A stretch of DNA of 64,000 nucleotides from Azolla caroliniana (lineage: Eukaryota > Plantae > Polypodiophyta): assembly GCA_043228905.1 (NCBI GenBank), contig JBHGNT010000021.1, forward strand, positions 6,076,001 through 6,140,000, in the 5' to 3' direction. The notes beneath the pieces were generated by a model, which had not been told where the DNA came from, made no database searches, and saw only the letters and a program-made list of their open reading frames with translations. This document shows positions 59,155 through 64,000 of the stretch, piece by piece. The position numbers were made by a program, and so were the translations under genes. Numbering within the stretch: position 1 is the first letter of the stretch; every line of letters starts with the position of its first letter.

Positions 59155-62100
59155 TGTTGGGATTACGGTCCCTCCGGATGGGATGGTCAGATGTCCGGGA
59201 ATCGGGAATGAAGACCCGAATGAGGAGTACCCGGTATCGGAACCGGATGATGAAGACCCGGTTTCGGATCCGGATGATGAAGACCCCGGCTACGGAGCCG
59301 GATGACGAAGACCCGGTTTCGGAGCCGGATGATGAAGACCCCGGCTACGGAGCCGGATGACGAATGTACCCGGAGAGAGATCCGGATGCGGGGACATATT
59401 TGTGAATATGTTTGCCAAGGGCCCTCTAGGCTATATTTGTAAATAGCCCGAAAGTCATATGTGTATAAATATGACTTAGGGCAAACAGTTTTGTAGTTGT
59501 TGCTCATTTTTCTGTTTTCCACTTAGAGGGAGCGAAGTGAGAGCAGCCGAGAGAGAGAGTGAGAGAGAGAGAGAAAGGAAGAGGTCGACGCCTCTGTGTA
59601 ATACCGCCGCCTGTGGCGAGGACAGCGAGCTCAAGGTCGTCGCCTTGTAGCTCGCCATTGTACATTCTCTGTGTTTTCATTTACTTCTGCATTGATTCGT
59701 GTTTCCTCGGTTGTGGCCGAGAGTTGAAGGTTTTGAAAGCGTCGATTTCCTAACAATCTGGTATCAGAGCGACTGCAGTGCAGAAAATGGAAGGCGGCAG
59801 CAGCGGGCAACCGGGGATGATGGTGCTGAATGCGCAAAACTACGCCGACTGGAAGATAAAGATGGAGGATCTGCTCATTGTTCGGGACCTGTATGAACCG
59901 ATCGACAGGTCGGAAATACCCAAGGGGGTACTTGAGACGGAATGGAGGCTTCTGAACCGGAAAGCCGTTGCAACCATTCGGCAATACGTCGACGTGAGCG
60001 TTCTACAACATGTGGCGAACAACACCAACGCATATGAGATGTGGCAGAAGCTGTCGGGCCTCTACGAGAGGAAGAATGCGTTGAACCGGACCTCCCTGAT
60101 GAGGAGGATAGTGAACCTCAAGTACCGGGACGGCGAGAGTATGGTGGAACACGTAAGCACGTTCATGGGATTCGTGAACCAGCTTGCGGCGATCAAGTTC
60201 CCGTTGGAGGATGCAATGCAAGCCATCATGCTGATGTGTACATTGCCGGAAAGCTGGGAGAACTTGGTGGTGACTCTCAGCACCTCCTGCACCGAAGATA
60301 ACTTGTCTTTACAAACGGTAAAGACAAGCATTTTGAACGAAGAAGCGCGTCGGAGAGATAAAGAACCGGCCTCCGATCCGAAGATGCTGCTTACCGAATC
60401 GGATCGGGGAAGACAACGGAACCGGAGTCCGCAAAGACGGGAGAAGTCGGGGACCCGGTCGCAGTCAAGAGGAAGGCCCACATGCTTCCACTGTGGGAAG
60501 CCGGGGCACTTCCGAAAGAATTGTCGGTATTACCGAAAAGACAACGGAGCCGACGACACCGATTCGAAGAAGTCTTCGGAACGGAACGGTGCTTACCGGG
60601 GAGCCACGGACCGGAATGGTTCGGATCGGCGAGGGCAGGACCGGAAAGGAACGACGGCACTCGCGGCAAGTGAAGAGGAGATCATGCTCATCACCGAAGA
60701 AGGTGAACTAAACATTGCCGGCGATGAGACTACCTGGGTGGTCGATTCCGGAGCGTCGTTCCACCTGACCCCGGAAAGAAGATACTTCTCATCCTATACA
60801 GCCGGTGAGCATGGCTGTGTTCGGATGGGAAATGAAGGTACGTGCCGGATTGCCGGCATAGGAGACGTGTGGTTGACAACCTCGACCGGATGCAAAATGT
60901 TGCTAAAGAATGTCCGACACGTTCCGGAGGTTCGATTGAACCTGATTTCGGCCGGGAGGCTAGACGATGAAGGCTACACAGGTAGCATCCGGAACTGCGT
61001 AATGAAGTTCAGCAAGGGGAGCCTGATAGTGGCTCGGGCCCGGAAAGTCAACACATTGTACCTTATGAATGCCTGGCTGTGTCCGGAGGAGTTGAACGTG
61101 GCAGCCGACACTGCCGGTGAGCTGTGGCACAAGAGACTGTGCCACATGAGTGAGAAGGGGATGAAGAGGCTTGCAGAAGACAACCTTATTCCAGTGAAGC
61201 ATGTGCACCTGGAGAAGTGCACCGATTGCCTGGCCGGTAAGCAGAACCGAACCTCCTTCCACTCAAGGCCACCGACGAGACGTAGCGCACCATTGGAGTT
61301 GGTGCACACTGACGTGTGTCAAGTAGAAACGAAGTCACATGGCGGAGCCCAGTACTTCGTGACATTCATTGATGACCACAGCCGGAAGCTGTGGACGGCA
61401 CCGTTGAAGACAAAGGACCAAGTGTTGTGCGTCTTCAAAGAACTCCACGCGAGAGTGGAAAGGGAATCCGGCAAGAAGCTGAAAGCGATACGAGCGGATA
61501 ACGGAGGGGAATATCGGGGGCAGTTCAAGGAGTACTGTCGCTCGAAGGGAATCCGGCTCGAGTTTACTATGCCGAAGATGCCGGAACTGAACGGGCTGGC
61601 CGAGAGGATGAACCGGACCATAATGGAGAGGGTCCGGAGTATGCTGGCGCATGCGAAATTACCCAAGGGGTTTTTGGGCTGAGGCAATGTCGACGGCGAC
61701 ATACGTGATAAACAGATCACCCTCAGTACCTTTGGACGGAGACACGCCGCAGAGAGTGTGGACCGGCAGGGAAGTATCCTACCGGCATCTGAAGGTGTTC
61801 GGGTGTCTCGCATATGTGCATGTGGCAAAGGACCGGAGAGGAAAGCTAGATCCAAAGACCCGGCCATGCATATTCCTCGGTTACGGCGATGACGAGTTCG
61901 GCTACCGAGTATGGGACCCGGTCGACAAAAAGATATTCCGGAGTCGTGATATCATCTTCATGGAGGACAAGACACTCGCCGACTGGGAGTCGGAGAAGAA
62001 GATGAAGAGCTCCAAGTCGACCGGTGAGGATCAACTCTACGAGGAGCAGTCCCGACCGGCAAGGGACCGGTTAGCACTCGAGGATCCGGCCGAAGACGGT

Positions 62101-63825
62101 GAAGAAACAGAACCGGCCAAGGAAGATGAAACTGATACCGGAACCGGCCCCGATCCCGAAATGGATTCGGATGAAGAGGAAACGGAGGAGCCGGTTACCA
62201 AAGCTCCGGAACGGAGATATCCTCTAAGAGAGAGAAGGGCCCCCCGGAGATTTCCGGAACCAGAGCACGTGCTGCTAACCGACGAGGGGGAGCCAGAGAG
62301 TTTTGAAGAAGCAAAGCTTGACACCCAGAGCCGCAGGTGGTTAAGTGCCATGCAGGAGGAGATGGATTCCCTGCATGAGAACCACACATATGAACTTGTG
62401 GAGTTGCCGAAAGGAAAGCGGGCACTTCGAAACAAGTGGGTGTTCAAGCTGAAACCGGGAGATGCCGGAAACCCCCCGAGATACAAAGCCAGGATCGTGG
62501 TGAAGGGGTTCCAGCAGAAGAAGGGCGTCGACTTCGACGAGATATTTGCCCCGGTAGTGAAGATGACCTCCATCCGGACGGTGCTGAGCATAGCGGCAAG
62601 CATGGACCTCGAGGTAGAACAGATGGACGTGAAGACGGCATTCCTTCACGGTGACCTCGAAGAAGAGATCTACATGCAGCAACCGGAAGGATTCGAGAAG
62701 AAAGGAAAGGAGCACCTGGTATGCCGGTTGAAGAAGAGCCTTTACGGACTGAAGCAGGCTCCCCGGCAATGGTACCGGAAGTTCGACTCTTTCATGACCG
62801 ACGAAGGGTACCACAAAACGCAGTCCGATCACTGCGTGTTTGTGAAGAAGTTCGAAGGAGGAAACTTTCTAATACTCCTCTTGTACGTGGACGACATGTT
62901 GATCGTCGGACGGGACCAGGTCAAGATACGGATGCTGAAGAAAGCACTTCACCGAACCTTCTCAATGAAGGACTTGGGTCCGGCGAGGCAAATACTAGGG
63001 ATGCACATCATCCGGGACCGGAAGAAAAAGCAGTTGTGGCTGTCACAGGAGAAGTACGTGACAAAGGTGCTTCACTGGTTCAACATGTCGGAAGCAAGAC
63101 CGGTCGGGTCAACCCTCCCGGCAAACTGCAAGTTATCCAGCAAGCAAAGCCCCAAGACAAAGGCTGAGAAGGAGGACATGATGAAAGTACCATATGCCTC
63201 TGCCGTCGGAAGCTTGATGTACGCAATGGTGTGTACAAGACCGGACATAGGATATGCAGTCGGAGTGGTGAGCCGGTACATGAGCAATCCCGGCAAAGAG
63301 CACTGGAACGCGGCCAAGTGGATACTCCGATACCTGAAGGGCACGGCAAACGTGTGCCTCCGATTCGGCTCCGGTAAGCCCAAACTCGACGGCTTTACCG
63401 ATTCGGATATGTCGGCTGATGCAGATACCAGCCGGTCCACGTCAGGGTATGTGATGACGTATGCAGGGGGAGCTGTTTCGTGGCAGTCGAGGCTGCAGAA
63501 GACGGTTGCGTTGTCGACCACGGAGGCGGAGTACATGGCGGCTGTTGAAGCCGGCAAGGAAATAATATGGATGAAGGACTTCATTAGGGAGCTCGGTATC
63601 CGGCAGGAGGAGTACCGACTCTACTGCGACAGTCAGAGTGCCATCCACCTTGCGAAGAACGCGGCCTATCACTCACGGACGAAGCACATCCAGCGAAGAT
63701 ATCACTGGATCCGGGAAAGGATAGAAGACCAGGAGTTCGTGCTGACGAAGATCCACACGGACGAGAACGGGTCAGATATGCTGACCAAAGTGCTCACACC
63801 CGACAAGCTGGAAGCGTGCCGGAAG
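59155..63825 (+). mobile_element. Second copy of the young copia family; 5' LTR 59155-59755, PBS 59759-59770; cut off just before the stop codon
   Basis: High similarity to 40695-45483; homology ends abruptly at 63825. Confidence 0.95.
59787..63825 (+). pseudogene. gag-pol: Copia gag-pol with a single 1-nt frameshift near 61670
   Basis: ORFs 59778-61682 and 61651-63891; AAGGGGTTTTTGG here versus AAGGGATTTTGG in the intact copy. Confidence 0.92.
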
Positions 63826-64000
63826 CCCGGGGGCTTCACTTTGAAAACTTGTATGATAGCACGTGAGTTCATCAAAAGGAGTTTAAATTAACCATTGAGA
63901 TACAAAATGTATATATATAAGGGTATTAACAAATGCATAAAAAATATATTTACATAAGGGTATTATCAATTATGTTATAGAAAAAAATTACATAAGCCCA
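63826..64000. other. Start of an unidentified AT-rich insertion beginning CCCGGGGGC
   Basis: Sharp junction in copia RNase H; runs off the window. Confidence 0.45.

Noticed and set aside
61660-61682. Programmed frameshift in the second copia
   Set aside because: The intact sister copy is continuous here; a 1-nt indel or homopolymer sequencing error explains it.

Overview
Plant-type (most likely non-seed land plant such as a fern or lycophyte; inference) transposon-dense region with no recognisable host gene. It is a stack of nested retroelements. Ty1/copia: several decayed copies, one intact and very young copy (40695-46051) and a frameshifted sister copy (59155-63825). Ty3/gypsy: a non-chromovirus family with tRNA-Trp PBS, 4-bp TSDs and a D-H-G protease motif (15393-28498, a rearranged composite at 46735-59154, and a gag-only derivative at 53805-58774). 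Also present: four solo LTRs, an L1-like LINE, an RTEX/CR1-group-like LINE inserted in a (CT)n tract, and a decayed MULE/SWIM transposase. The most notable signals are: (i) every 4-bp target site of the TGTCG..CGACA LTR group is centred on CpG; (ii) a G GAU UUU slippery site plus a predicted pseudoknot joins gag-PR to pol; (iii) LINE ORF1 and ORF2 are in frame, separated only by UGA-CGG plus a stem-loop (candidate readthrough); (iv) two dissimilar solo LTRs carry antisense tRNA-like A/B-box cassettes near their 5' ends. All calls are from reading the sequence by eye; no searches were run.
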